Shown in pieces: positions 22,908-34,639 of a stretch of DNA of 64,000 nucleotides. Under the pieces are notes generated by a model. It was not told where the DNA came from. It was given only the letters and a program-made list of their open reading frames with translations, and did not search any database. Where the stretch lies: assembly GCF_018977255.1 (NCBI RefSeq), contig NW_024704742.1, positions 132,186,001-132,250,000 on the forward strand, in the 5' to 3' direction. Made by a program: the position numbers and the translations under genes. Numbering within the stretch: the first letter of the stretch is position 1; every line of letters begins with the position of its first letter. The DNA comes from Callorhinchus milii. Lineage: Eukaryota.

Positions 22908-25273
22908 ACATAGAAACATAGGAATTAGGAGCAGGAGTAGGCCATTCAGCCCCTCGAGCCCCACCATTCAATAAGATCATGGCTGATCTTCTAACCTAAC
23001 TTCACCTGCCTGCCTTATCCCCATATCCCTTAATCCCTCTACCCTTTAGAAATCTATCAATCTCAGTCTTGAATATGTTCAAGGACTGAGCATCTATAGC
23101 CTTCTGGGGTAGAGAATTCCATAAATTCACTACCCTCTGAGTGAAGCAGTCTTTCCTCAACTCTGATCGAAATGGTTGACCCTTAATCTTAAGACTGTGA
23201 CCCCTAGTTATAGATTCTCCTACCAGGGGAAACAGTCTCACGCTTTCTACTCTGTCAAGCCCCATAAAAATACAACAACAACTTGGATTTATATAGCGCC
23301 CTCCACGCTGGACAGCGTCTCAGAGCGCTTTACAGTAACGGATCCCGGGACCGAGCCAGGGGGAGGGGGGGGAAGGTGACCAAAGGCGCGGTCGAAAAGA
23401 AAGATCTTCAGCAGAGACCTGAAAATGGGAAGGGAGGGAGCGAGACGAAGGTGGTGAGGAAGGCAGTTCCAGAGCCTCGGGGCATAGTGGCTGAAGGCAC
23501 GGCCGCCGAGGGTGGAGCGGAGGACTCGGGGGACGAGGAGGAAGCCAGACCCGGAGGAACAAAGGCAACGGGTACTGTTTTGAGGAGAGAGGAGGTCAGA
23601 GAGGTGGGGGGGGTGCAAAGGAGTGCAGGGACTTGAATACAAGGGTGAGGATCTTGAAATCGATCCTCTCTGGGATAGGCAGCCAGAGCAGTCTGGCAAG
23701 GACTGGGGTGACCGGGGAGCGGAGTTTCGTGCAGGTGAGAATGCGGGGGCAGAGTTCTGAATGATTTGGATTTTATGGATGGTAGTGGATAGGAAACCGG
23801 CGAGGAGGGCATTAGAGTAGTCCAGCCAAGAGGTGACAAAGGCTCTATAAGAGCTCTATCGGTTTCTATTAGAGGCTCTATAAGAGCTCTATAGGTTTCT
23901 ATAAGATCACCCCTAATTCTTCTATATTCTAGAGAATATAGGCCTAGTTTACTCAACCTATTCTCATAGGTCAACCCCCTCATCACAGAAACTAACCTAG
24001 TGAATCTAGTGAGTATATCCTTTCTTAAATAAAGAGACCAAAACTGCACACAATATTCTAGGTGCAGTCTTATACAGTTGCAGCAAGACTTCCCTACTTT
24101 TGTATTCTATCCCTTTTGCAATAAACACCAACAGGCCATTAGCCTTCCTAGTTGCTTGCTGTACCCCCATACTAACTTTTTGTGACTGGTGTACAAGAAC
24201 ACCCAAATCCCTCTGAACACTAACAGACGGTCGAGTCTCTCTCCCTCTAGAAAAGAATCTGCTTTTCTGTTTTTACTACCTAGGTGAATAACTTCACACT
24301 TCCCCACGTTATACTCCATCTGCTACCTTCTTGCCTACTCACCTAACCTATCTATATCCCTTTGAATCTTTTTGTGTCATCCTCAGAGCTTACTCTCCCA
24401 CTTAGCTTAGTATCATCTGCGAATTTAGATATTTTAAGTTCTATGTCCTCGTCTAGATCATTGATATAGATTGTAAATAGTTGAGGCCCAAGTACGGATT
24501 CTTGTGGCACTCCACGAGTCACATCTTGACAATCTGAGAAGGACCCATTTATCCCTACTCTCTGTTTTCTTCCCGTTAGCCAGTCTTCGATCAATTATAG
24601 TGCCGTTAACTCCAGGGGCCCTAATCTTGTGTAGCAGCCTATTATGTGGCATCTTGTCGAATTCTTTCTGAAAATCTAAATATGCTATATCTACTGGATC
24701 CCCCCTATCTAACCTGCTAGTTACATCCTCAAAAAACTCTAAAACATTTAAGTATGACTTCCCTTTTGTAAAGAGCCATGTTGATTCTGTCTAATCATAT
24801 TATGGTCTTCTAAGTACCCCACTACGACGTCCCTAATTAAGGATTCTAGAATTTTCCCTACCAATAGATCCCCATCTTCTCTCTCCCACCCTTCTTAAAC
24901 AGTGGTATTACGTTTGCGATCTTCCAATCAATGGGAACCGTTCCAGAATCCAGAGAATTTTGAAAGATCAAAAACAAGGCATCCACTATCTCAGCCCCCA
25001 CCTCTTTTAAAATCCTTGGATGCAGGCCATCAGGTCCAGGGGATTTGTAATTTTTCAATCCCAACAGTTTCCCTAGAACTAAATGTTTACTGATGTTAAT
25101 TTCCCTAAGTTGCTCACTAACAATAGTTTCTTGGTTCCCCTCTATTTTTGAAGGTTTCAGTATCTTCTAACGTGAAGACAGAAGCAAAGTATTTGTTTAA
25201 TGACTCTGCCATATCTTTATCCCCCATTATAATTCCTCCTGTCTCTGCCTGTAATGGATCCACATTCACCTTT
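22908..25273 (-). mobile_element. CR1 LINE, 5'-truncated, frameshifted ORF2 (RT) with 3' UTR
   Basis: ORFs KSPGPDGLHPRILKE, GVPQESVLGPQLFTIYINDLD, KFADDTKL, TRGHSLKIKG, FTQRVVNLWNSLP. Terminal repeat rc ttcctatgtttctatgt. Confidence 0.95.
23271..23839 (-). mobile_element. L2 3' fragment nested in the CR1
   Basis: (CAA)n tail at 23272-23282; STLGGRAFSHYAPRLWNCLP...KIFLFDRAF; 5' end at FVTSWLDYSNALL. Confidence 0.93.
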
Positions 25274-26819
25274 GGTAGGTAAGTTTTAGCCCTGCCCAGG
25301 AATCAAACCCAGGTCTTCTCGCTTGTGAGGCGAGCGCGCTAACCCCATACGCTACAGGACTCCACAGAGATATCCTTTGCCAAAAAAAAATTTGTTTTGA
25401 TATAATGTGTGTCAGTATGCATCAAAACATGTCTACAAAACTCAGACTTTGATCCACTGTAATCCCATTTGTAGCTGCAGTTGTACTACTCAACATGCTT
25501 TACAGAGCACTTGTCAGCAATGAACTCCAGTGCGTAAAGTGCAGATTACCGAAGGGCAGACCCTAGCAGGGATGTGCATTATGGTAACATGCCTTAGGGT
25601 AGCAAAGATGAGAAAGTGCTCAGAATTGCCTGCCCTGAAAATGCACGACTGAAGGGATGAAGGGCAATGGCTGTTAAGCAAGCTGATATCAGACAGAGCA
25701 GCCACCAGGCAGAAGAAGACAGATGGGTGGATAGCGCGAGAAGGGGAGAGAGACCAGCGATGTAAACCCTTTCACGTCAAAGGATTGCATTAGAGTCTCT
25801 TTATTGGGATTGACAGGAAATCCCATCAGATCCTTCCCTTACCTTCTTCCCAGGGGACGACACATATTCATCCGGCAAGAGCCCCAAGATAAGCCTGTCC
25901 CTTTCAGAAGGATTGCCAGATGGATACTTTGGTCTTGTCATTCCGGAGCAGTGTTTATTAGACTCACAGCCCCTGGGCTTGATGAGTTTATAATGTGAGC
26001 CTGTCAACTCAGGCAGTGATTTGCTTGAGGCTTGGAGGAGGAGTATGTGGATTCCCATTTGTCAGCTGACAATCCCTTCTCCAATATTGGGAGTTCGACC
26101 CAGATAATTCCTTCCCGTACACCCCTCCCTCATTGCTTCAAGTTAACTAATGAAATAATAATGATAATATTCCTTGTATTTGATACAGCGCCTTATCACG
26201 ACTTTGAGACGTCTCAAAGCGCTTCACAGATCATACTGTAATGTGAATCGGCTGTATAGTTACAGGACTCTAAATGAAGTATAATGTACTGCATATCTTG
26301 TTTTAAAAGCACTATCTGGTAAGCTATTCACTGCTTGTCCAATTAGGACAACCCTACATAATAATAATCCTTGTATTTGATATAGCGCCTTATCACGTTG
26401 TTGAGAGTCTCAGACCTCTTCACAGAATATACTGTAAAGTGAATTGACTGGGTATTTTGTGGGCCAAACATGAAATTGTACTCAAAAAAATTATATTGTA
26501 CCACAAAAAAATCTTACTTTCTTTGATTTAAATAGACAGTAAGTTCACACTCCAAGCAATAACAACGCCATCAGGTTTGCAAAATCTGATCTCATTGGAT
26601 ATTCCAGATTTTACACAAATTAGATTCAAATTATTGAATTACCTGTGCGAATTTCAGCGTTAAGATTCGCTGAAGCTAAATATGAACTGCATATAACACT
26701 GGCAATTAAACCTGTATCATAAAGATTCCACAACACGTGGAATTGAATACACTTGAATACACGCAGGCTTTGGTTAACATGGAGCGATAGGAATGGAAGA
26801 AGATCTGGAACATACATAA

Positions 26820-27095
26820 CCCTCCTACCCCACGCTAACTCCACTCTCACTCTACCGCACCCCAACCTCACTCTAACCCAAGAACCTCACCCCATCAACC
26901 TTAGCCAACCTGCACCCACCCACCATATCCTACAACCCCACTTATTCCACCCCATTCCACCCAACTCAAACCCAATCCTAACCCCACCACCCCATCCACA
27001 CCAAACCTGCCCCATCCCATTCTTAACCACCTCACCCCACCCCAGCACACCCTGCCCTGGTCCAGTCCAGTCCACTTCACCCCACCCACCCTCCT
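26820..27095. repeat. C/A-rich low-complexity tract
   Basis: Repeated ccca/cacc motifs; many GGG runs on the minus strand. Confidence 0.8.
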
Positions 27096-27189
27096 TGCCT
27101 ATAAAGTACACAGTAAATACACTTTACAGCAAATCCTGTGAAGCGCTTTGAAACATCCTCCCTAAGCAAAAGGCACCAAATCACATAAC

Positions 27190-27378
27190 GTTTCATGCCT
27201 CAAAGGGTGGAGGAAGCAAATTCAATAATAACTTTCAAAAGAGAATTGGATATTTACTTGAAAAGAAAAAAAAACTGCAAGCCTAATGGGGAAAGAGCAG
27301 GGGAGTGGGACGAATTGGCTAATCTGGCAGAAGCCCGATGGACCGAATGGCCTCCTTCTGTACTCTATGATTCTATGA
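27190..27378 (+). mobile_element. CR1 3' end nested in a SINE tail
   Basis: VEEANSIITFKRELDIYL followed by gaccgaatggcctccttctgtactctatgattctatg; the SINE tail resumes atcaaatgtaaagattatt. Confidence 0.85.
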
Positions 27379-27997
27379 TCAAATGTAAAGATTATTATTG
27401 CTCATTGTTATAATTGTGGTTTTGGAAGTTGCCTCAGAGATAATCCAATTTCATTCTTCCACAGCCTGAGTCTGAGGCAGGGCTTGAGCTGTGGTCCTCG
27501 AAGGGTTAAAGTTGCAGCACTTTCTCAGGAATGTTTCAGGGGAGGTTTGGCACTGTGCAATGTTCTCGCTGTCAGGAGACAGCCACTGGCAAAATGAATT
27601 ATGTTATCATTGTACAAATTGTCAATTAATTAAAAAAAATGTGATTAAACCCGTGTTTTATTTTTAAAAATCACTACCAGTCTCTCTCTGTTCCGGGTGT
27701 TCACTCGGAAATCCGGTGTTAGCTATTCTTGAGGACTGGCAGCTCCCCAGTAGCAGTAGTGCCCCCTACAGGTCGACTCATGCTAATTGGATAAGCCTAA
27801 CTCTGAGTCTTGGAACTACAACAACTTGCATTTATAGAGTGCCCCTCACGCAGCAAAGTGTTCCAGAGCACTTAAAGTGGAAGTGTTGGAAATTAAGAGA
27901 CCTAAGGAACACAGAACTCAGTCTGGATAAGTGTACAAACTATTTAGCTCTACGTGAGGTTTACTTTTTCAATCCTATTTAAAATATTGTACATCTC

Positions 27998-28215
27998 TGC
28001 AATGTCCCACAAACAGCTATGAACCACATAACCAATTTTATCTGGGGAGATTGTCGGCCAGGACACCCTCTCTCTTTTCGAATAGAGTCATGGGATCTTC
28101 AGTGTCCACCAGACGGGACCTCAGTTTATTCTCATCCAAAGGACGATACCTCCGACAATGTACCACTCCCCCCAGCACTGTTTTGAAATGTCAGTCTGGA
28201 CTGCGAGTTTGATGT
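27998..28215 (-). mobile_element. Deu-domain SINE fragment
   Basis: rc ggtggacactgaagatcccatgactctattcg. Confidence 0.78.
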
Positions 28216-28427
28216 GGCACTTCAACCAGAAGATAATCTGAACAAAATGTGCTAATGATTGTGTTCAGACCCAGGGTGAAATGGAGGAGGGGTGGAAACA
28301 AGAGCAGAGGCACAAATCGGTCGCTAGACCATAGACTGCTTAGATCACAATGACAATGACCGCAGTCATTACTGCCTCATTGAAGCCCGGGACAATGGCA
28401 AGAGACTGCAACAATTGGACACCATCT

Positions 28428-28715
28428 CAAGTTTCCTTACTCCACACGGCTCTGTTTACTTGGCGGTAAGTAGGAACCCGGTTGTTAGTCGATTGGCGGA
28501 TCGCTTTCCTGGGGTAATAATTCCTTCAAAAAAATGTGGTCCCTCAATCCACAACTGTTTGTGGGACACTGCTGTGCGAAATTGGCTGCAGTGTTTCACC
28601 TACAAAGTACACAGTCAATCCACTTTACAGTATATTCTGTGAAGAGCTTTGAGACGCATCACTGATGTGATAAGACGCTATATCTAATGCAAGGATGATT
28701 ATTATTATTATTATT
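28428..28715 (+). mobile_element. Long-subfamily SINE, 5'-truncated
   Basis: caagtttccttactccacacggctctgtttac...(ATT)n. Confidence 0.9.
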
Positions 28716-29269
28716 GCATTGCAGGCAGTCAGTGGAAGGAATTAAACTACTGCTCCTTTGATAGCACAGTGGGTAACGATATAACTCCTCCTGATCATTG
28801 CCTACAGACCTTTGTGAGAATGTGCCAACGTCCGGTTGTCAGGTGAGAATGGTATTGGGCTCAGAAGCCAAATGGCCTGCCAATGCTCACAATGCCAATG
28901 TCAGGGTTCACACACATGAATAATAGCCACTTGAACAATGTGCCAAGGGCACCTTGACACCCAGGGAACTAACTGTACCCTAGCCAAAGCAGCAAGGAAT
29001 GAAACAATTCAAGTAAAGGAGGAGCAAATCTTAAAATAAAGATTTCTTCACACAGAAATTGTAAAAATGTGGAACACGCTGCTTCAGAAGGCAGTAGAGC
29101 TACACAATTACCTGGGATGTTTATAAGGGAGATACGTAGGCACTTGAGAAGTCAGGGTATTAAGGGGAGTGAGGAATTGGGATTAAATGATCTGCCATGA
29201 TTTAATAAACAGATGGAATAGACTTGATATGATGAATGGCTTCTTTTTGCTTCTATGTTAGAATCCTTG

Positions 29270-29645
29270 CCACTTATTGAGACATCTAAGTGCCTCACAG
29301 GATTCACTGTGAAGCGTGATGACTAATTGTAAGCAAATGCAAGAGCCGATTTGCCCACAGCAGTGTCCTATAAACAGTCATGATATGAATCACCAATTTT
29401 ATCTGGAGGATTGTTGGCCAGGTCACTAGGAAAAAACTCCCTTCTCCAACATCTACTTGAACAGGCAGACAGGAACTCGGGTTTCAAATCTCATTCAAAG
29501 GATGGTACCTCTGACAATCCAGCGCTCCACAAGCTCTGCATTGGAGTCTCATGCATGAGACCATGTGAATTCAAAGTCCTAACATGGAGTTTGGACCCAG
29601 AACTTTATGACTGAAAGCGAGAGCCTAACTGAGCCTAGGCTGACT
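29270..29645 (-). mobile_element. Deu-domain SINE
   Basis: Head rc gtcagcctaggctcagttag; Deu blocks present. Confidence 0.75.
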
Positions 29646-30399
29646 TATGTTCCTAAGGAGAGAAAATTGATGGGGAAGGAACACAATCAATAATATCAAA
29701 GAGCAAACTTAACCTAAAACTTGAATTCCACTGCTGAGCAAAAATGTTATGAGCGGCTTATCTTCGAAAGCAAAAGTGCAGCCGTTTGCTGCGGCGATGC
29801 TATTTCAGTCTTCATCATTCCACCTCATAAAAGACCCAGCCACCGAGATTTTCATATCAATTAATAAAAGTCTAAATTAAGTCCGGAACCTGGCACAGAA
29901 GCGAGCAGGGGGACGTGAAATAGAGGCAGATGGCGAGAGCCCGGGGTCGAGTCACACTGGGAAGTGACATTGAGGGAGAGGGACGATGGCTGGCTGCCAA
30001 TGCCGGTGCTAGTTAATGAAAGGTGGGCACCTAACTGTGGGAGGGTTAAATTGGATCAGTGGATGCCCGTAATTATTACAATCTCATTCACACTGAAATG
30101 CGCTCAAATCAGTCAAGTTAATAGCTGCTCTTTTGGACTCGACACCGTGAAACATCCGAGGTCCTAAATTCCACCTCGTCATAAACCGCAAGCTCCCCGA
30201 GGCACTGCTGGAAAAGATACATCCTGGCCAGCGGCCCTCCAGATAAACTGATCACTCGCTTCAACCTTGAGTGTGAGACTTGGCTGTGCAGAAATGGCTT
30301 CCCCGTTACCCTGCAGTTACATGCACGTCACACCTGCCCATGAAGTGTTTTGAGATGTTTTCGGCATGAAAGGTGCTGTATAAAATGGAAATTATTAAT

Positions 30400-30745
30400 T
30401 ATTATTATGTTAATCCTTGCATTTGATATCACGCCTACCACATTTTCGGGACGTCTCAAAGAGCTTCACAGACTATACTGTAAAGGGAATTGACTGTGTA
30501 TTTTGTGGGCGAAACGCGGCAGCCAATTACGCACAGCAGTGTCCCACAAACAGTTTGGATTGAATGACCAAATTATTGTTGTTATTTTTTAATGGATTAT
30601 TACCACTGGAAAGCATTCTGCCAATCAACTTCCAACAACCAGGTTCTTACTTACTGTTAGATAAACAGACGCGTATGGGGTAAGGAAACTTGCCTAAAGT
30701 TTCGCTCTGCCAGGAATCGAACCCAGGTCCTCCCGCCTGTGAGAT
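30400..30745 (-). mobile_element. Long-subfamily SINE, tail-to-tail with another SINE/L2 tail
   Basis: aatccttgcatttgatat...taaggaaacttgcctaaagtttcgctctgccaggaatcgaacccagg. Confidence 0.88.
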
Positions 30746-31847
30746 GAATTTAAGATGATGACGTCAGATTATCTTGCCTTATAATTTGAAATCGCAAAAA
30801 AATCTCAAATTTGGTCTTCATTCCTTCTGGTGTTCTTAAGAAAGAAACCGTTTCCAAATTAATGATAATAATCCTTTCAACTGGTTACAGCGCCTTTCAC
30901 AATAGGAAGCTCTCCCAAAGTGTTTCACAGCATATATTTTAAATCCACTGACTGTGTTTGTCCATCTGTCCATCGGTGGTCGGGCCTTCAGCCTCTGTGC
31001 TCCCACTTTTTGAAACTCCATCCCTCATTCCCTTCACCTTTCTTCCTCCCTTGCCTCCTTCAAGGCACGTCTCAAGACCTTCCTCTTTGACCATGCCTTC
31101 GCACCTCCCCCCACCTTCCCTGCCCTCCATTCATCCCATTCCCAACCCCCTGTTCGGGTGAAAATCCCTGACCGTCCAGCGCCTTGAGACATCCTCTTTT
31201 GTTTTTTGGCAAACTTAAGACTCCATTTAAGAATTTTCCACAATTCTGCCTGATCTCAGATTTTAAGAGAAAATGGTTCCAACAGGCTAAGGTGAAATGT
31301 CAGGCCCCTGTGCTGAGACATTCATTTTCACAGTGAGGGTCAGCGGGTAATGCTTTGTGCCGTGTAACATTGTTTGGTTCACTGTAAGCATTTTATCACC
31401 ACCTAGTGGTATTATTATGTCTGCATTCTGTTTGCCGTATTGCTTACTGTTAGATTCAGCTGCAAAAGTAATAATGCTAGCAATACTTGCATTTGATATT
31501 GCCCCTTATCACATCGTCAAAACTTCTCGAAGCCTTCACAAGATCACTGCAGACTGTAGTGACTGTTTATTTTGTTGTTAAGTTACAAGACAATGGGAAT
31601 ATCCCGATAATGAGCATCGGTTGATATATCAATGAGCTCAACAACAACAATAATAATAATAATGATAATAATCCTTGCATTTGATATAGCTCCCTAACAA
31701 GTTGATAAGAAGTCTTAAAGCGCTTCACAGATTTTTTAAATGAGGTGTAGTACAGTGAACAACAACAACAACATTACATTTGTATAGCGCCTTTCACGTT
31801 GGGAAGACGTCCCAAGGCACTGGAATTGTAGGTCAATGGGCTCCATC

Positions 31848-32545
31848 CCAGTTCGACCCCCAGCTGTCCTTCCTCCCTCACATCCAGTCACTGACCAGGA
31901 CTGCCTTCCTCCACCTCTACTACATTTCCTGCCTCCAACCGTACCTTACCCCAAATGCAGCTGAAACCCTCGTGCATGCATTTGTCACCTCCCGCCTGGA
32001 TTACTCCAATGCACGCCTCGCTGGTCTCCCCAGCTCCACCATTCAAAAAATCCAGCTAATTCAGAACTCTGCCGCCCGCATACTGACCCAGACCAAATTC
32101 TGTACCCACACCTCACCAGTTCTGGCCCAGGCTCCACTGGCTCTCCATCACCGAACGGATCAACTTCAATATCCTCATGCTCATGCTCAAATCCATTCAC
32201 TCCCTGGCACCTCCCTACCTCTCTGATCTCCTCACTCCCCAATCCATCCACCCAGCGCCTCCGCTCGACTGGCACCGGCCTCCACTCCAACATTGGAAGT
32301 TGTGCATTTAGCTACTATGCCCTGAAACTCTGGAACACTCCTCCCAATCCTTCCGCCTTGTCCCCTCCGTCCTGTTTTTCAAGTCCTGCCCAAAAACCTT
32401 CCTTTTCGACCATGCATATGGTCACATCCACCCTCCACCACCACCCCATCTCCCCCGGCTCAGAGTCAGGCTCCGCAACTGTTAAGCGCTCTGAGACGCT
32501 ACCTTGCGTGGAGAGCGCTACATAAGTGCAAGTTGTTGTTGTTAT
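31848..32545 (+). mobile_element. L2 3' fragment
   Basis: ORF FDPQLSFLPHI...[18 protein letters not shown]...QNSAARIL; tail gcgctacataagtgcaagttgttgttg. Confidence 0.92.
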
Positions 32546-32636
32546 TTGGCCCAGATGCAGTTGGGCAACATGTGTGTCCCCAGGATGGCAGCAATTCACA
32601 TGCTTATGTTTCCCTTCATACCACATTACTTTCAGG

Positions 32637-33078
32637 TGTCAACCTGGCTCAGTTGATAACACTCTTGCTTCTGGGTCAGAAGGTTGTGGGTTTGAACGCT
32701 GCATTGAACCGCTATATTCACAGTCTAGGTTAATAATTCAGTCCAGTGCTTGGGGAGTGCTGCATTGACAGAGATGCTGTACATCTGAAGAGACATCTGA
32801 AAGGTCCCGGAAGCCTACTCAGAGCAACATTAAACATTTCACTGGCAATTTTGAAAAAACGAAGGAAGTTTCTCCTGGATTGCCAAGGCCAACAATCCTC
32901 CAGATTAAAACCAAAAATTGTCAGTCACATCATAGCTTTGTGCAACATTACTGTATGCAAATTGGCTGTACCGCTCAGCTGCAAATACAGTCACTACACA
33001 TCACAGCAATTCTCTTTGGTTAGCTGTGAGACGTTTCAACATTACAGGCTACATCAAAGACAAAGATTCTTATAATAA
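32637..33078 (+). mobile_element. Full-length old Deu-domain SINE
   Basis: Head gtcaacctggctcagttgataacactcttgcttctgggtcagaaggttgtggg; diverged Deu core. Confidence 0.8.
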
Positions 33079-33412
33079 TGGTGTGGAGTCATTGTCAGCT
33101 TTATCTCAACATTCAACTGCCATGTTAATAACTTCCTTTGGAGATTTTTTGCTACAAAATATACAGTCAATTCACTTTACAGTAAATTCTGTGAAGCACT
33201 TTGCGACACCTCAAAGATGTGATAAGGCACTATATCAAATGCAAAGATTATTATTAAACACTGGTCTTCAGTTAAGTCTACATAAATTGGCCATTGACCA
33301 TCCCTTTCCCCCTCTTTTGCCTACTTCAAGGACCGTCTCCAGACCCTGCTCTTCAACCGCGCCTTGGGTCACCCTCCACCCCTCCTGATTGTAACTCCAA
33401 GCTTAGGTGCTT

Positions 33413-33730
33413 GTCCTGTAGCTCAGTGGTTAGAGCACTCGCTTTGCAAGCGAGAGACCTGAGTTCAATTCCAGGCAGGGTGAAACCTTGGGCAAGTTTC
33501 CTTACTCCACACAGAGCCTAATAATAATCCCTCCAAAAAACAAACAATAATAAATTGGTCATTTTCAATCTACGACTATTTATGGGACATTGCTGTGCGC
33601 AATTGGCTGCCGCGTTCGCCCACAAACATACAGTCAATTCACTTTACAGTGTGTTCTGTGAAGCGCTTTGGGACGTCCTCCCGACGTGAAAAGCGCTATA
33701 TCAAATGCAAGGATATTATTATTATTATTA
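33413..33730 (+). mobile_element. Full-length young tRNA-Ala SINE, short subfamily
   Basis: Near identical to 10807-11127. Confidence 0.95.
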
Positions 33731-34214
33731 TGTCTCTTCACTTGGGTGAATGTCCAGTGATTCGGGACGTCCTCCCGCTGTGCAAAGTGCTGAACAAGTG
33801 TAATTTGTTGTTGTTGGGGGGAGAGGGGGTGGAGCAGAGTCTTCTTAGAGTATCTGTGGCCCACGACATTTGTGTTTCAGTGCAGCCTGCTTCTCTGTCT
33901 GCGGGTATCTCTGGTGTTGCTTCTCCTTTTCAAACAACAATAACACCTAATATTGCTACATGGCCTATAAACATGTCATAGCTACTGGACCCATGAGTGC
34001 CTTATGCTTCCAACCAAGAGCAGGAATAATTCAGAAACAAACCAAATAACCTAAAATCACACATGACCTCAACACTAACAATTATAAATAACTATAATAA
34101 TCCTTGCGATTTGGTACAGCGCCTTTCAGGTCAGGAGGATGTCTCAAAGCGCTTCACAGAATATACTGTAAAGTGCAGTGACCGGGTATTTTGCAGGAGA
34201 ACGCAGCAGTACAT

Positions 34215-34625
34215 CAATGTCCGAGGGTGGCCGAAAACGGGACTTAATGGAGGCAAGCGAGGGGATGAGGCGAAGGTATTGCGGGATAGAGTTCCAGAGT
34301 GTGGGGGCAGAGATTCTGAATGCCCGACCACCAATGGTGGGGCGGGAAGTACAGGAGATCTGAAGCAGGCTAGTGTCCACCGAGCGGAGGGGGTGGACAG
34401 ACTGATATGGGGTTAGGAGGTCTCAGAGTTAGCAAGACCATGGTGGGTTTTGAAGGTGAGATCATGGGTTTTGTACTCGATTCTCTGGTGGATGGAGATC
34501 CAGTGAAGCTGCACAAGAACAGGGGTAATCAGTTCACGGAGTCTGGTGAGGGAGAGCACACAAGCTGCAGTTTTGAATAATCTGCAGCTTGGGAAGGGAC
34601 GAGTTGGGAAGTCCAGCGAGCAGGA
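34215..34625 (-). mobile_element. L2 fragment
   Basis: [21 protein letters not shown] and ITPVLVQLHWI motifs. Confidence 0.88.
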
Positions 34626-34639
34626 AGTTGGTTTAAAAA

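Larger units (their letters stand above)
22662..25366 (-). mobile_element. Long-subfamily SINE split by a CR1 (SINE parts 22662-22908 and about 25275-25366)
   Basis: Left part ends gtgtggagtaa; right part resumes agttttagccctgcccagggaatc...gctacaggactccac. Confidence 0.85.

Noticed and set aside
26753..27151. Pro/His-rich 132-aa ORF
   Set aside because: Product of a C-rich low-complexity tract running into a SINE tail.
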